Positions 17,400 through 31,110 of a stretch of DNA of 64,000 bases are shown here, one piece after another (positions within the stretch are counted from its first letter, which is position 1; every line of letters begins with the position of its first letter). The notes under the pieces are model-generated. The model made no database searches. It was not told the origin of the DNA and saw nothing but the letters and a program-made list of their open reading frames with translations. The DNA lies in assembly GCA_000004695.1 (NCBI GenBank), contig CM000151.3:7616001-7680000 (forward strand), read 5' to 3'. The DNA is from Dictyostelium discoideum (lineage: Eukaryota). Both the position numbers and the translations under genes were made by a program.

Positions 17400-18101
17400 A
17401 AAGTGTGAAAAAAAAAAAAAAAAAAAAAAAATTACCAAATAAAATATATTTTTTAGAACTCTAAGATGATTTAAAAATCTTTCAACATACAATATAATTT
17501 ATTGGTTGTTTTTTTTTTTCTAATAATTTTTTTGATTTTTATTTCCCAATTATTAAATGGTTCAGAAAAAAAAAAAAAAAAAAAAAAAAAGAAAAGTTTA
17601 AAAAGTTAATACCATACTTAAAAAAATAAAAAAAAAATAAAATTTTTAAAAAAACAAAATAATGATAATGGATTATTATTGGGCCACCTTTTATTCTTGC
17701 TTATTGAAGCAACAAATTAATACTAAAAACATAATTTTTGAGAAAAAATAAAAAACACTAAATAAAAAAGCGATAATTATGAGAAATAAACACCCAACCT
17801 ATTTTTAAAAATTCCAAAGTGAACCGATCATTTCAATGTTAATAACTATTTTTTTCTTTTTTCTTCAAATCACAAGAATTGTTAACAAATTTGCGAATGT
17901 GTTGGCTCTTGGCCAATGACAAGCATTTTTTTTAAAAAAAAAAAAAATAAAAAAAATTCAAAAAAAAAAAAATTTTAAAAATGCAACTATCGTTATAGGC
18001 CTCAAATAAAAAAAAAAAAAAAAAAAAAAAAGAAAAAAAAAATGATGGTTTGCTCACGAATTTTGGACTTGCATGAAATTTTTATTGTTTGACTAAAAAA
18101 A

Positions 18102-18134
<33 letters not shown>

Positions 18135-18313
18135 TTCTTTTTTTTTTTTTTTTCTCTGGTTGTTATTAATTTTGATTTTTAAAGATTTAAATCAAAATGA
18201 CAATAGTGTTGTACCATCTATAGACTTACACAAAATTAATAAAATAAATTTAATTTTTTTTTTTTTTTTATGCACATCAATTTTTATTTATTTTTTTTTT
18301 AAAATAACAATTT

Positions 18314-21093
18314 TTATTGTATGATAGTACTTTTAACTTCACTTTGATTTTCATTTTCATTTTGATTTTCTTTATTATCATTAAAAATTAATGGTTTTAT
18401 AGTTGAATCATTTGTAAAAGCAATTGAATAAACATCAGAATAATAATCTACCAAATAAATTTCAATACCTTCTTTAATGAAATCTGGAATTTCTTCCAAT
18501 TGTTTTTTATTCTCTTTTGGAATGATAATGGTTTTAATGGATTCCCTTTTAGCCAAAACTATTTTTTCAACAATACCAGATACACCAATGACCTTTCCAG
18601 TTAGACTAACTTCACCTACCATAGCAAGATCAGGTTTAACCAATTTACCAGTTGCCAATGATAATAATGATGAAACGATTGTAATACCAGCACTTGAGAT
18701 ATCTTTTTGAGTTGAACCATCTGGAGCATGAATATGAATTGAATTCTTGAGGAAATAATCATTTGAGGCATCCACTTTCAAAAGGAAATCCTTAACATAA
18801 CTATAGGATATATCAATGGATTCTCTCATTACCAAACCGAGTGAACCGGTTGTTGTTACGGTTGGACCATTGGTAAATCTATCCAAAGCGCTTTCAATAT
18901 GAATTAAACTACCACCTAAACCCATAACAATGCCTGGTTTTTGTTTTTGGAATAAACGACTTGATGGATATTTGATAGGACCCACATATTGTTCCAAATT
19001 GTCTGGTGTTATAATTACACTTTGTTCCATACCCATCGAGAGTTTATATGCCATCTTTCTGAATATTTTATCAATGAATTTCTTTAAATTTCTAACACCC
19101 GCCTCCCTACAATAGAGTTCGCAAAGCTTCTTAATTGCCTCTGGTGTGAATTGCAATTGCTCCTCGGAGATACCGGTTTCCTTACGTACCAATGGAAGGA
19201 GGTAACGTTTTGCAATCTCCATTTGTTCAGATTGAATATAGCCATTCAATGTCATAACTTCCATTCTATCCAATAGTGGAGCTGGTATTGAATCGGCATC
19301 ATTGGCAGTACAAATGAAAAGTACCCTTGAAAGATCATAAGGTACATCCAAATAGTAATCCACGAAATTCTTATTCTGTTGTGGGTCCAATACTTCCAAA
19401 AGTGCTGAATTTGGGTCACCTTGTGAAGAACGAGAGATCTTGTCAATCTCGTCGATTAGAATAACGGGATTTGAAGTTTTAACGGTTTTCAAAGCTTGAA
19501 TGATTTTACCTGGCATCGATGCTACATAAGTACGACGATGTCCTTTAATCTCTGAAACATCGGATAAACCACCCACTGAAATACGATGGAATTGACGACC
19601 CAATGCATTTGCTATCGATTTACCAACTGATGTCTTACCGGTACCCGGTGGTCCCACCAATAGAATCACTTTACCCCCAATGGAACCTCTCAATTTACCA
19701 ACTGCAATAAAAGTTTGAATCATTTCTTTAATATCTTTTAAACCATAATGATCTCTATCTAATATCTCTTTAACCTTTGAAATGTCGAAATTATCATTTG
19801 TGTATACATTCCATGGTAACAATGTCATCCAATCCAAATAATTTCTAGAGGTATTATATTCTGATGAATTTGATTCACAACTTGATAACTTATCCATCTC
19901 CTCTTTAAAAACTTGTAAGATTTGTTTATCCATTACGGCAATCTCTTTCCATCTACTATTAAATTTATTCTTTATTGTCTCTTTTTCATCCAAATCAATT
20001 CCCAACTCCTTTCTAATTAATTTCATTTGTTCGGTTAAAAAATATTTTTTTTGTTGTGCCATTGTTTTTTCTTCTAATTGTCTAACATATAAAAATAAAA
20101 AAAATAAAAATATTAATTTTTTGTTACTCTGCTTTTTTTTCAAAAATTAAAACATATTAATATTTACTTTTCAATTGAAAAATTGAAATCAAAAACTTCA
20201 CATTTTTTAACAAGCATTGATAAAACCATATTTAATTTCTCTTCTAAACTTTTACATTCTAATAGTTTTTGATATTCACTTGGTGAAGAGATACACAATG
20301 GACCAATTGAATTTAGTAAACTTGAATCATCCATTTTAAATATTGGTAACATACAAATTTGTTTTAAATGTTGAGCAAAACTGGAATCTTGATATCTATT
20401 GATAGCACTATAAATACATTTTACCAATTGAAGTCTTAATGCTCTAACGGTCAAAGAATCACCTAGTTCACTATATTCATGTGGTTCAATTGAAACTTTT
20501 AAATATTTACTTGTTGGTATTTGTGGTACAACTGGTGTAGTTATTGGTGTTATTGATGTTGATGGTGTTGTTGTTGTTGTTGTTGTTGAATCTGATGTAT
20601 CATTTTTTGATTCAGTAATTTCAACTAAATTTGAATTATTATTATCATGATCATTTGAAACACCAGTAATTTCAATTATTGGGCCACCACCTAATACGAA
20701 ATAACCTTGTGTTCGACAGACTGTTGCCAACATACCAACTTTATGAATTTTTGATAGATCAGGTGTGCCATGGGAAAAGGTTGTAAAATTTGATTTTGGT
20801 TTTGATGGTGGTTTAGATTTTGATGCCTCTTGCGATTTCAATTCCTCCATATGTACTTCCCTTTCAGCATCAGAAATTAAAAATAACCCGAAATGAGTTG
20901 GTGATCCCATCTCCCTATACTCTGCTTCTGATAATGTGAGTTGTACATATGATCCGTAAAATACTACATAATCAGTTATTGGTAGTGCTATAACCTGTTT
21001 GGGAATATATGACGCTAATGATGCTGGTGATGATGGTGATGGTAATGGTGGTGGTGGTGGTGGCAGTGGGGATGGTAGTGACGAAGCTGCACT
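18314..21093 (-). CDS. Lon protease (ATP-dependent protease La homologue): ...20168 spliced to 20081..18314; N-domain coding continues upstream to at least 21093
   Basis: AAA+ module ([58 protein letters not shown]...ILIDEIDK) and Lon proteolytic domain ([55 protein letters not shown]). The upstream ORF (20164..20910 and beyond) is the Lon N-domain ([28 protein letters not shown]..., [20 protein letters not shown]). An 86-bp intron, 20167..20082, has a GTAAAT donor in phase 2 and a TAG acceptor. The 5' end is unresolved (see findings). Confidence 0.85.
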
Positions 21094-21376
21094 CTACACT
21101 GCATTAACACCACCCCCCACTCTTGCTACTACTTCTACTTTTACTATTTAATTTTTCTTTTTTCTGTTTTTGAACTTTCTTTGAAACATTTTCTTCTTCA
21201 GTATCTATCCCTTTATCTGTAGCTCTACTTTTTAATAACTGATTTAAATTTTTTGTTTTTACTTTATATTTTTTATTTAATTGATTTCCTGTGGAAGTAT
21301 TATTGGTATATATTTTATTTAAAATTTTATTTGTATTTTTTTTTTTATTATTTATTTTATTTATTTTATCATTTCC

Positions 21377-21583
<207 letters not shown>

Positions 21584-22785
21584 GGTATTTGAAAAAGTCG
21601 AATATGATTTTAAAAATTCTTTTGGTTTATATATATAATTTACATAGGTTATTGTATTTGTTGTTGAAAAAGGGATTAAAGTGTTTGTTGGATTTTAACC
21701 AAGTAAATTTAACATTTTCCGTTTTTTTTTTTTTTTTTTTTTTTTTGGATTTGGTTTTTTTTATTTGGATTTGGTTTTTTTTTTTTTTTTTTTTTTTGAA
21801 AAGAAATTTAATTAAAAAAAAAAAAAAATTTTAATTTTAAATTAAATTTGAAGATGAAAATATAAGTTTATTTTATTTTTTTTTTATTTTTTTTTTTGTT
21901 TTCACATCAAAATTTTTTTTTTTTTTTTTTTTTTCTCATTAATCATTTTTTTTTATATTAAATATTATTTAAACTCTTAATTAAATTATTTTTTATTTTT
22001 ATATTTTTTATATTTCGAAATATAAATAAATATTTATTTATTTTTTCAAAAAAATTTTTAAATTTTTTCTTTTATTAATTTTTATTTGTATTTGGGAGTT
22101 TATTTCAATCAAAACTGAAGTTCGAGCGACCATTTTTTTATTTTTTTGAAAAAAAAAAAAAAATTAAAAAAAAATTAAAAATTTGACGAATTTTTTTTTT
22201 TTTTTTTAATTTTATTTTTTTTTTTTTTTTTATTTTTTTTCTTTTTTTTTTTTTTCAATTTTTTTTTCAATAAGTTGTATACATAAAGTATGTGTATTTT
22301 TTTTTTTTTTTGTGATACGCTATGAAAAGAGCGAGGGAGAGAGATTAGTGTATGTTATAGGATCACATGTCAAGCTATTGGTTATAGAAAAAGAAATTGA
22401 AAAATAATAATAAATAAATAAATAAAAAAACAATCAACATCTCATATAAAAAAAAAAGATAAATACCATCATAAATCCAAAAAAACAATTATCAACACAT
22501 CCTCAGCAATGAAAATAAAATAACTGGTTTTTTTTTTTTTTTTTTTTTAAAAATAAAAAAAAAGTCCATCATTTTATTTTATAAAACAAATCAATATTGA
22601 ACAAACATAATAAATGATTGCCACCACAACTTCACAATGAAATCAAAAAAAATTTTTATAAAAAAAAAAAAAATAAAAAAAATAAAATAAAACAAAATAA
22701 AAATAATAATAATAATAATAACACATTAATAATAACAATCAATAGCTTAAAACACATACAAAAATCTCTCACTCTCTTCGCTGGT

Positions 22786-22816
<31 letters not shown>

Positions 22817-22954
22817 GATATTTATTTCTGAAAAAAAAAAAAATAAAATAAAAAAAAAAAAAATTTTTTAAAAAAAAAAAAAAAAGAAAAAAAGAGAAAA
22901 GTAAAAGAAATATTAATTATTTATTTTATTATTAAAATATAGTTAATATTAAAA

Positions 22955-23970
<1,016 letters not shown>

Positions 23971-24019
23971 ATATACTCATTATTTTCTTAATGATGTGAC
24001 TTCAATTCGGTCATTTTCT

Positions 24020-24064
<45 letters not shown>

Positions 24065-24819
24065 GTAATATAAATAATATTAATCATGTATATATTGTCC
24101 ATTCATATGTACATGTATTTAATATTTGTTAAATAATATCTAAATTAATAATAACAAAAAAACAAAAAAAAAAAATTAACAAAAAAATAAAATAAAAATA
24201 AAAAACCTTTAATATAGTAAAATAAAAAAAAAAAACAAAATATCAATATGCATTTATATATAAAAAGTCTTTGAATTATTTATTATTTCACAACTATTAA
24301 AGATAATAATTGATAATTTTTTTATTTCATTTTTTTTTTTTTTAATTCTCAAAAATTTAAATTTAAAAAAAAGAGCATTCTGGAAATTACTTTCCAAGTT
24401 TTTTTTTAAAAAAAAAATAGACTTTAAAAGTTGTTTAAGATGTATATGTTTTATATTTTTAAAAATTATTAACCATTTCCAAGTTTCAAAAAAAAAAAAA
24501 GTTTAAAAATATAATAATATAAATAATTTATTTATTTTATTTGAAAAAATAAGGTCTACAAGAATGCCCATTTTTTTTTTTTTCAGTTAAGAAACCTACC
24601 AAATAATAAAAGTGTTTTTCAACCACCAAATATTTTTATTTTATTTTATTTTTTTTTTTTTATTTTTTCTCACACACCACACTTGATTTGGGAGTAAAAT
24701 ATTAAAATTAAAAACAAAGTAAATTCTATGATTGGTAGTTCTTTACACCTATTTTAATTAAGTTTTTTTTTTATTTTTTTATTTTTTTATTTTTTTTTTA
24801 TTTTTATTTTAAATAATAT

Positions 24820-24877
<58 letters not shown>

Positions 24878-24935
24878 AATTTAATCTTTTAAAAAAAAAC
24901 CTCAAACCAATAAAAAAAAAAAAAATTTATACCTA

Positions 24936-24977
<42 letters not shown>

Positions 24978-25136
24978 TTACCAATCTAATAAAAAAATAA
25001 ATTTAATATAAAACAAAATATTAATTTAAAATTAATTTTTATAAAAAAAAAAAAAAAAAAAAAAAAAATAGTAAATTGAATTAATTACTATTTTGCTTTT
25101 TTTTTTTTTTTAAAAAAAAAAGTAAATTAACTCATA

Positions 25137-27212
25137 ATGAGCATGAAAAAGTTTATGAATAAAATCTCGAATATGTTTGATGACTATTCTCACCAATCCA
25201 AACAATTACCAAGCCACCACCAAATTCCACAAAATCAACAATCAATGAATTACAATTCTCCAAACCCTGGAGTTTATAATATCCCAAATCAACAACATCC
25301 ACAATATCAACAACAACAACAACAACATCATCAGCAACAACAACAACAACAACAATATCAATACCAAAACCAAAGCCAACCTCCTCCATATGGCAATAGT
25401 TACCAAAATATGAACAAAAACTCACCCCAACCAGGTGTTTATAATAATAATAATAGTAATTCTCCAAAACAACAGCAACAACAATTCTGTTATCCTCCCC
25501 CACCACCAACATCTTCACATTCACAACAATTTACAAACTATTCTAATCATCAAGGATTACCATTACCACCACCTCCATTATCACCACCAATTAATAATAT
25601 AACAAATAATTATCATAATTATCATCACCACCATCATCATTATGATAACAATAATAACAATAATAATAATGGTAATTATCAAATAAACCCATCACAACCA
25701 ATATCACCATTACAACAAACAAATAAATTATCACCAACAATTACTGGTTCAGGTTCAATTTCAAGATATTCACCACCAAATTCAAGAAATAGTAATAATA
25801 ATTATCAACAACCAAAACAAGCTGTTAATCCAATTCCAGGTGCATATGGTGATGGTATTCATGATGATACTCAAGCAGTTTTAAATTATTTTAATACCTT
25901 TCCAACCAATGTTATTAATATACCACCTGGTAATTATTTAATAACTGCTCCATTGATCATTAAAAAGAATAATATTCAATTAATGGGTTCACCAAATGTA
26001 AAGTTTTTAACTAATTTCCCAATTTGGTTAACACCACCACTTTCCGAAGGTTTTATTAATACAGAAGAGTATGTATTCGTATTGACTGGTGATAACATTG
26101 TACTGGACTCAATTAATTGTTCATGTATAACTGCTGGTAGTTTATCATCATCATTTTTATATCTCTGTGGTAACGGTTTCATAATGAGAAATTGTATCAT
26201 TGATAATTTCAATCAAGGTGTTGTATTTGGTATACTAAATGATTGCAGTGGTAAAATTCCACCTGGTAGTCATTTCACAAATATCAAAATCACAGCAAAC
26301 CAAATCACAAATGTAATGGGTATTGCAGGTGGTAGTATATGTTACGGCGATGGTATTTCCTTTTTTGGTTGTTCAAATGTAGTAATCTCAAATAATTTCG
26401 TATCGGCAAAGGATGGATTCACACCTAGAAATGGTATAAACAGTGGTCCTGAAGGTTTCCTACCCTCTACAAACGTTCAAGTCATTAATAATACAATTCG
26501 TGGTGATTGGGATTATTCGTTAACCACTGAGGGTGGCAATCAATGTACAGTTAGTAATAATGATATCCAAGGTAGTTGTATTTGTGGTATCATTGAAAGA
26601 GGTACCGGTATTAAAGTTTCAAATAATACAATTCATATCATTGGAAGAGAGAAAGAAGGTCAAACTGAACCAACCGGAATTCAATTTTATGGTGTAGACA
26701 ATGGTGAAATCTCAAATAACTCCATCATGGGTAGTGCTAAATATGCCATTCTAATTAAACCATCACATGAAAGTGGAGGTGCTTCAAACTCTGTAGTTGA
26801 GAACAATACCATCGATGGCGAATTCTATAATTGTATATTTATGTCAAATGCAAATCAAGCTAAAATCCATGGAAATGTAGTTATGGGTAAAAGTGATGTT
26901 GACTCTTGTGTTGGTCTTCAAGTATGGTATTCCAATGGTTTAGATATTCAAGGTAATAATATAGATTTACCATCAGGTACAGCTTGTATTTGTTCAGGTG
27001 CTAAAAATGTAAATGTCCTCTCAAATACTATGATGACTTCAAGAGCTGGCTTTTATATTTGTCAAGGTAGTGATGATATTTGTATAGAAAATAATGATTT
27101 AATTGGTGTTACTCAAACTAAATTTGATCAATCGTCCGATAATAAATCTGTTACAACTAGTCAAAATTATGGTTTAGATTACAATCCACCATCAAATAAT
27201 TATAATAATTAA
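25137..27212 (+). CDS. Right-handed parallel beta-helix (pectin-lyase-fold, PbH1 repeat) protein with a Q/P/H/Y-rich low-complexity N-terminal half, 691 aa
   Basis: ATG ORF. The C-terminal 400 aa consist of repeated about 22-25-aa units of the form [IV]xNNxIxG (NNTIRGDWDY, ISNNSIMGSAKYAILI, VENNTIDGEFYNCIF, IHGNVVMG, IQGNNIDL, IENNDLIGV). This is the classic parallel beta-helix signature. The N-terminal region is poly-Q/P/H/N. Confidence 0.7.
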   Translation: MSMKKFMNKISNMFDDYSHQSKQLPSHHQIPQNQQSMNYNSPNPGVYNIPNQQHPQYQQQQQQHHQQQQQQQQYQYQNQSQPPPYGNSYQNMNKNSPQPGVYNNNNSNSPKQQQQQFCYPPPPPTSSHSQQFTNYSNHQGLPLPPPPLSPPINNITNNYHNYHHHHHHYDNNNNNNNNGNYQINPSQPISPLQQTNKLSPTITGSGSISRYSPPNSRNSNNNYQQPKQAVNPIPGAYGDGIHDDTQAVLNYFNTFPTNVINIPPGNYLITAPLIIKKNNIQLMGSPNVKFLTNFPIWLTPPLSEGFINTEEYVFVLTGDNIVLDSINCSCITAGSLSSSFLYLCGNGFIMRNCIIDNFNQGVVFGILNDCSGKIPPGSHFTNIKITANQITNVMGIAGGSICYGDGISFFGCSNVVISNNFVSAKDGFTPRNGINSGPEGFLPSTNVQVINNTIRGDWDYSLTTEGGNQCTVSNNDIQGSCICGIIERGTGIKVSNNTIHIIGREKEGQTEPTGIQFYGVDNGEISNNSIMGSAKYAILIKPSHESGGASNSVVENNTIDGEFYNCIFMSNANQAKIHGNVVMGKSDVDSCVGLQVWYSNGLDIQGNNIDLPSGTACICSGAKNVNVLSNTMMTSRAGFYICQGSDDICIENNDLIGVTQTKFDQSSDNKSVTTSQNYGLDYNPPSNNYNN

Positions 27213-27320
27213 ATACTATAGTAAAAATTAGAAAATAAAAAAATTAAATCAAACACTAAATTTTTTTTTTTTTTTTGTGAGAAATATATACATAAACAGA
27301 TAAAAGTTTTTATTTTAAAA

Positions 27321-28893
27321 TTAAAAAATTGAAGCTGTTGTTCCGCCACATGTATTTGATGTACATGCTTCATTAAAATTGTTATTATTATTGTTGTTGT
27401 TATTAAAATTATTATTGTTAAATTGAAAATTAAAAAATTGTTGTTGTTGTTGTTGTTGTGGTTGTATTGGATGAAAATTAAAATTTTGTTGTTGTAATGT
27501 TTGATTAAATAATTGATTATTTTGTTGTTGTTGTTGTTGTTGTTGAGGTAATTGTTGTTGTTGTTGTTGTTGTTCAGTATAAGATTTTGACTTTTTTAAT
27601 AAATTAATATTAAAATCACAATTAATAAAACTATTTAAAGTAGAGAGTGGACCATCAATTTGATATTTTGATTCTAAATGTAACCAATTGATATCAGAGA
27701 ACCATTTATGATTTCTAATGGAACAAGAATCAAAAGTACCCAATCTTTTTGAAGGATCAACAGAGAGTAATTGAAAGATGAAATCTTTAATTTCATCAGA
27801 TAAATAAGAGTTTTGAAAAATCAATTGGAAATCAGCCTTTCTATTTAATAAGGATTCCTTTGAATTGGAGAATGGTAATTTACCAGTGACCAACTCATAG
27901 ACTACAACACCCAAAGCCCACCAATCAACTGGTTTACCATGACCATTGCTTGAATTTAAAATTTCAGGTGCCATATAATCAAAGGTACCACAAACTGAGC
28001 TTGTATTCTTACCGCCGACAGTTTTTTTTGAAAAACCAAAGTCTGTCAATTTGATGTGACCCTTTTCATCGATTAATATATTCTCTGGTTTTAAATCACG
28101 GTATATTATATTTTCTGCGTGTAAATATTCAATGGCAAGTACGATTTCCGCAACGATTAATTTGGTAGTTTGTTCAGTGAAACATTTATTTGCACGAAGG
28201 TGATGGAATAAATCTTTTTTACCGGCATATTCCATTATGAAATGAATTTTAGTTGGTGTATTGAATGTGGAATAGGTTTTGACAATGTATGGATGACTGA
28301 TATTGAGCATGATATTGATTTCATTGTTTACATGCTCCTTATGTTTCTCATGGACAATCGTTTCACGACGTAATGTTTTACTACAGAAAAAGAGGCCACT
28401 ACCACGATGTCTACAAAGTTTAGCAGTACCAAATGATCCTGATCCAAGACTACCATAAAAGTTAAAATCGGATATTTTTGTTCTTTTCCAGTCAATATTT
28501 TCAACTGGATCAATTGATCCATCAAGATAAAATGGTGGTGGAATATTAACAATTGGTGATGAACATATTATTGGTTGTTTTGGAATATCATAAAAATTAT
28601 TTAAATTTGGTTGTGTTGTTGAAAATTGTAAACTTTGATTTGTTTGTTGAGAATTTTGTAAAAAATTATTATTTATTATATTATTATTATTATTATTATT
28701 ACTATTATTATTGGAATTATTATTATTTTGTAATTGTTGATTAAAATTATCTTGTGAAAGTGTAAAATTTGGATGAAATGGAATTGATGATGTTGTTGGT
28801 GATGATGGTGATGAATGTGATGGTGTTGAATTTGATGATGGTGCATTATAAAATTGTTGTTGTTGATTATTATTGTTATTATTGTTATTATTG

Positions 28894-28927
<34 letters not shown>

Positions 28928-29122
28928 CATTGTTAATCATATTACAACTATTATTAAGTGAAATATTATTATTACTTAAATCTAATGGTTGCATATACTC
29001 CATTGTTTCGAATGGAACCTCGCATGATAAACCTTTTAGCATTGGTGCTGGTGGTGGAGTATATAATTTATAATTATCATTTATTATAATTTGTGGTGTA
29101 TTAAAATTATTATTATTATTAA

Positions 29123-29191
<69 letters not shown>

Positions 29192-29364
29192 TAATATTAT
29201 TATTAATATTATTATTAATATTATTTAAATTTTTTGTTAGTGTTTCTAATAAGGATTTTATCGTTTTTACCAAAGATTTATTAATCTCACTGGAATTTTG
29301 ATTATAATCAAAAATTGGTTCATTAAATTCCTGTTTTTTTTGGATAAAAAAAAATTGTGGATTT

Positions 29365-29395
<31 letters not shown>

Positions 29396-29619
29396 AAAGG
29401 AACTTGGAAATTAATATTATTTTATTTTTAAAAAAAAAAAAAAAATTAAAAAGTAAAAAAAAAATAAAATAAAATAAAAATTACCCTCATTATTATATCC
29501 ATTAATTGAGTAGCATTGTCACATAGAGAAAGAATGGTACTATTATTGCCATTATTACTATTATTACTATTTAAACTATTATTTGGAATATATTGGTAAT
29601 TATTCAAAATTGCTGACAT
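27321..29619 (-). CDS. AGC-family Ser/Thr protein kinase with long N/Q-rich N-terminal region, 2 exons: join(29619..29485,29330..27321)
   Basis: Kinase subdomains present: GSLGSGSFGTAKLC, HPYIVK, YRDLKPENILID, TDFGFSK, GTFDYMAPE, DWWALGVVVYE. The track ORF starts at a TTG. Reading continues upstream to a phase-0 CAG acceptor at 29331. Exon 1 (MSAILNNYQYIPNNS...LMDIIMR) runs from ATG 29619 to AGG|GTAATT (29484), giving a 154-bp AT-rich intron. Confidence 0.8.
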
Positions 29620-30154
29620 TATTATTTTTTTTTTTTTTTTTATTTATTTATTTGTTTTTATTATTATTTATTTATTTTATTGTTTTTTTATTTTATTTTT
29701 TTATTTATTATTTTATTTTATTATTTATTTTATATTATTTTTTTTATTATTTTTTATAATAAATGTATTTTGTGAATTGATTAAAAAGAAAAAACAAAAT
29801 AAAAAAATTATTTGTTAGAAGTGAAGAAAAAAAATATGAAAAAACAAAAAATATTGCAAGGTCTGATTAAAAAAAAAAAAATTTTTTTGCAAATTTGAAA
29901 TTTTTGAAGATATAAAAAAATAAAAAAATAAAATTAAAAAAAAACCAGATAAAAAAAAAATTGGTTGTTGATATGTTATATATTTTATATTTATTTATGT
30001 TATTTATATTTATTTTTTATTTTATTATTTTTTTAATTTTATTTTATTTTATTTTATATTATTTTTTTTTTTTTTTTTTTGTTTTATAATCAAATTATAT
30101 TTATATTTATAATATGTTTGGAAAAATTAATAGAAAAAAAAACAATGAATTTTA

Positions 30155-30196
<42 letters not shown>

Positions 30197-30308
30197 TTTT
30201 TTTTTTTAATTATTTTTTTTATTTTTTTTTTATATTTTTTTTCATAATCACATGATTCCAATAAGATTGGATTGATGTGTATTTTTTTTTTTATTTTAAT
30301 TTTTTTTT

Positions 30309-30340
<32 letters not shown>

Positions 30341-31078
30341 TTTTTTAAAACAAAATTACAAATTAAAAAAAAAAAAAAATCTGATATCTCTTTTTTTTTC
30401 GTAATTTTGAAAACGATAAACTTTTTATCCGCAATAAACTGCACCATCAAACCCAAACAAACACTTTTTTTTTTTTTTTTTTTTATTTTTTTTTTATTTT
30501 TTTTTTTTTTTTATTTTTTTTGGTGTTAACGGCTAATTGGTGATTAATTATAAATTAGCCCAATAACCTTCAAAAAAAAAATCTCTTTTTTACTTTTTTT
30601 ATGAAAATATTACTATCAAAATTTCGCTTCAAAAGAAATTTGGGGTGTAGTTTGTCAAAAAATAAAAAATGCGCATAAAAACAAAAAACCCCATTAAAAA
30701 TTAAGATATATCACAAATTTTTTTTTTTTATTTTAAAATTTTTTTATTTTAAAATTTTTTTTTTTTTTTTTGGATTGAAAGAAACTCAGGTGATTAAAAA
30801 AAAAAAAAAAAAAGAAAAAAAAAGAAAAAAAAAGAAAAAAAATATTATTTTTATTATTTGCAACCACAAATGTTTTTTTTTTTTCTTTTTTTTTCTTTTT
30901 TTTTTTTTTAATATTTTTTGAACGCTGTTGGCAGGATCCCACCAAAATCAATATTTCTGATGACGATAATAAAAAGATTTGTTAGGGAGGGGTCAAATTA
31001 ATTTAAAATAATTTTTTTTTTTTTTTTTTTTTTTTAGCCATTTTTTATTAAAAATTAAATTTGGTTGTTTTGAAAAAA

Positions 31079-31110
<32 letters not shown>

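Noticed and set aside
17304-17492. ORF 17304..17492(-)
   Set aside because: Poly(A)/poly(T) spacer.
18477-19446. ORFs 18477..18710(+), 18930..19115(+), 19252..19446(-)
   Set aside because: Inside or antisense to the Lon coding region. No support.
22618-22818. ORF 22618..22818(+)
   Set aside because: A-rich spacer (K/N-rich peptide) upstream of the ATP synthase d-like gene.
25153-26212. ORFs 25153..25524(-) and 25976..26212(-)
   Set aside because: Antisense to the beta-helix protein gene.
28328-29073. ORFs 28328..28552(-), 28553..28744(+), 28676..28930(-), 28873..29073(+)
   Set aside because: Alternate or antisense frames within the kinase gene's N-rich region.
30951-31010. Possible C/D-box snoRNA (TGATGA at 30957)
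   Set aside because: No convincing D box (CTGA) and no terminal stem within 60-120 nt downstream on this strand. Kept only as part of the desert finding.
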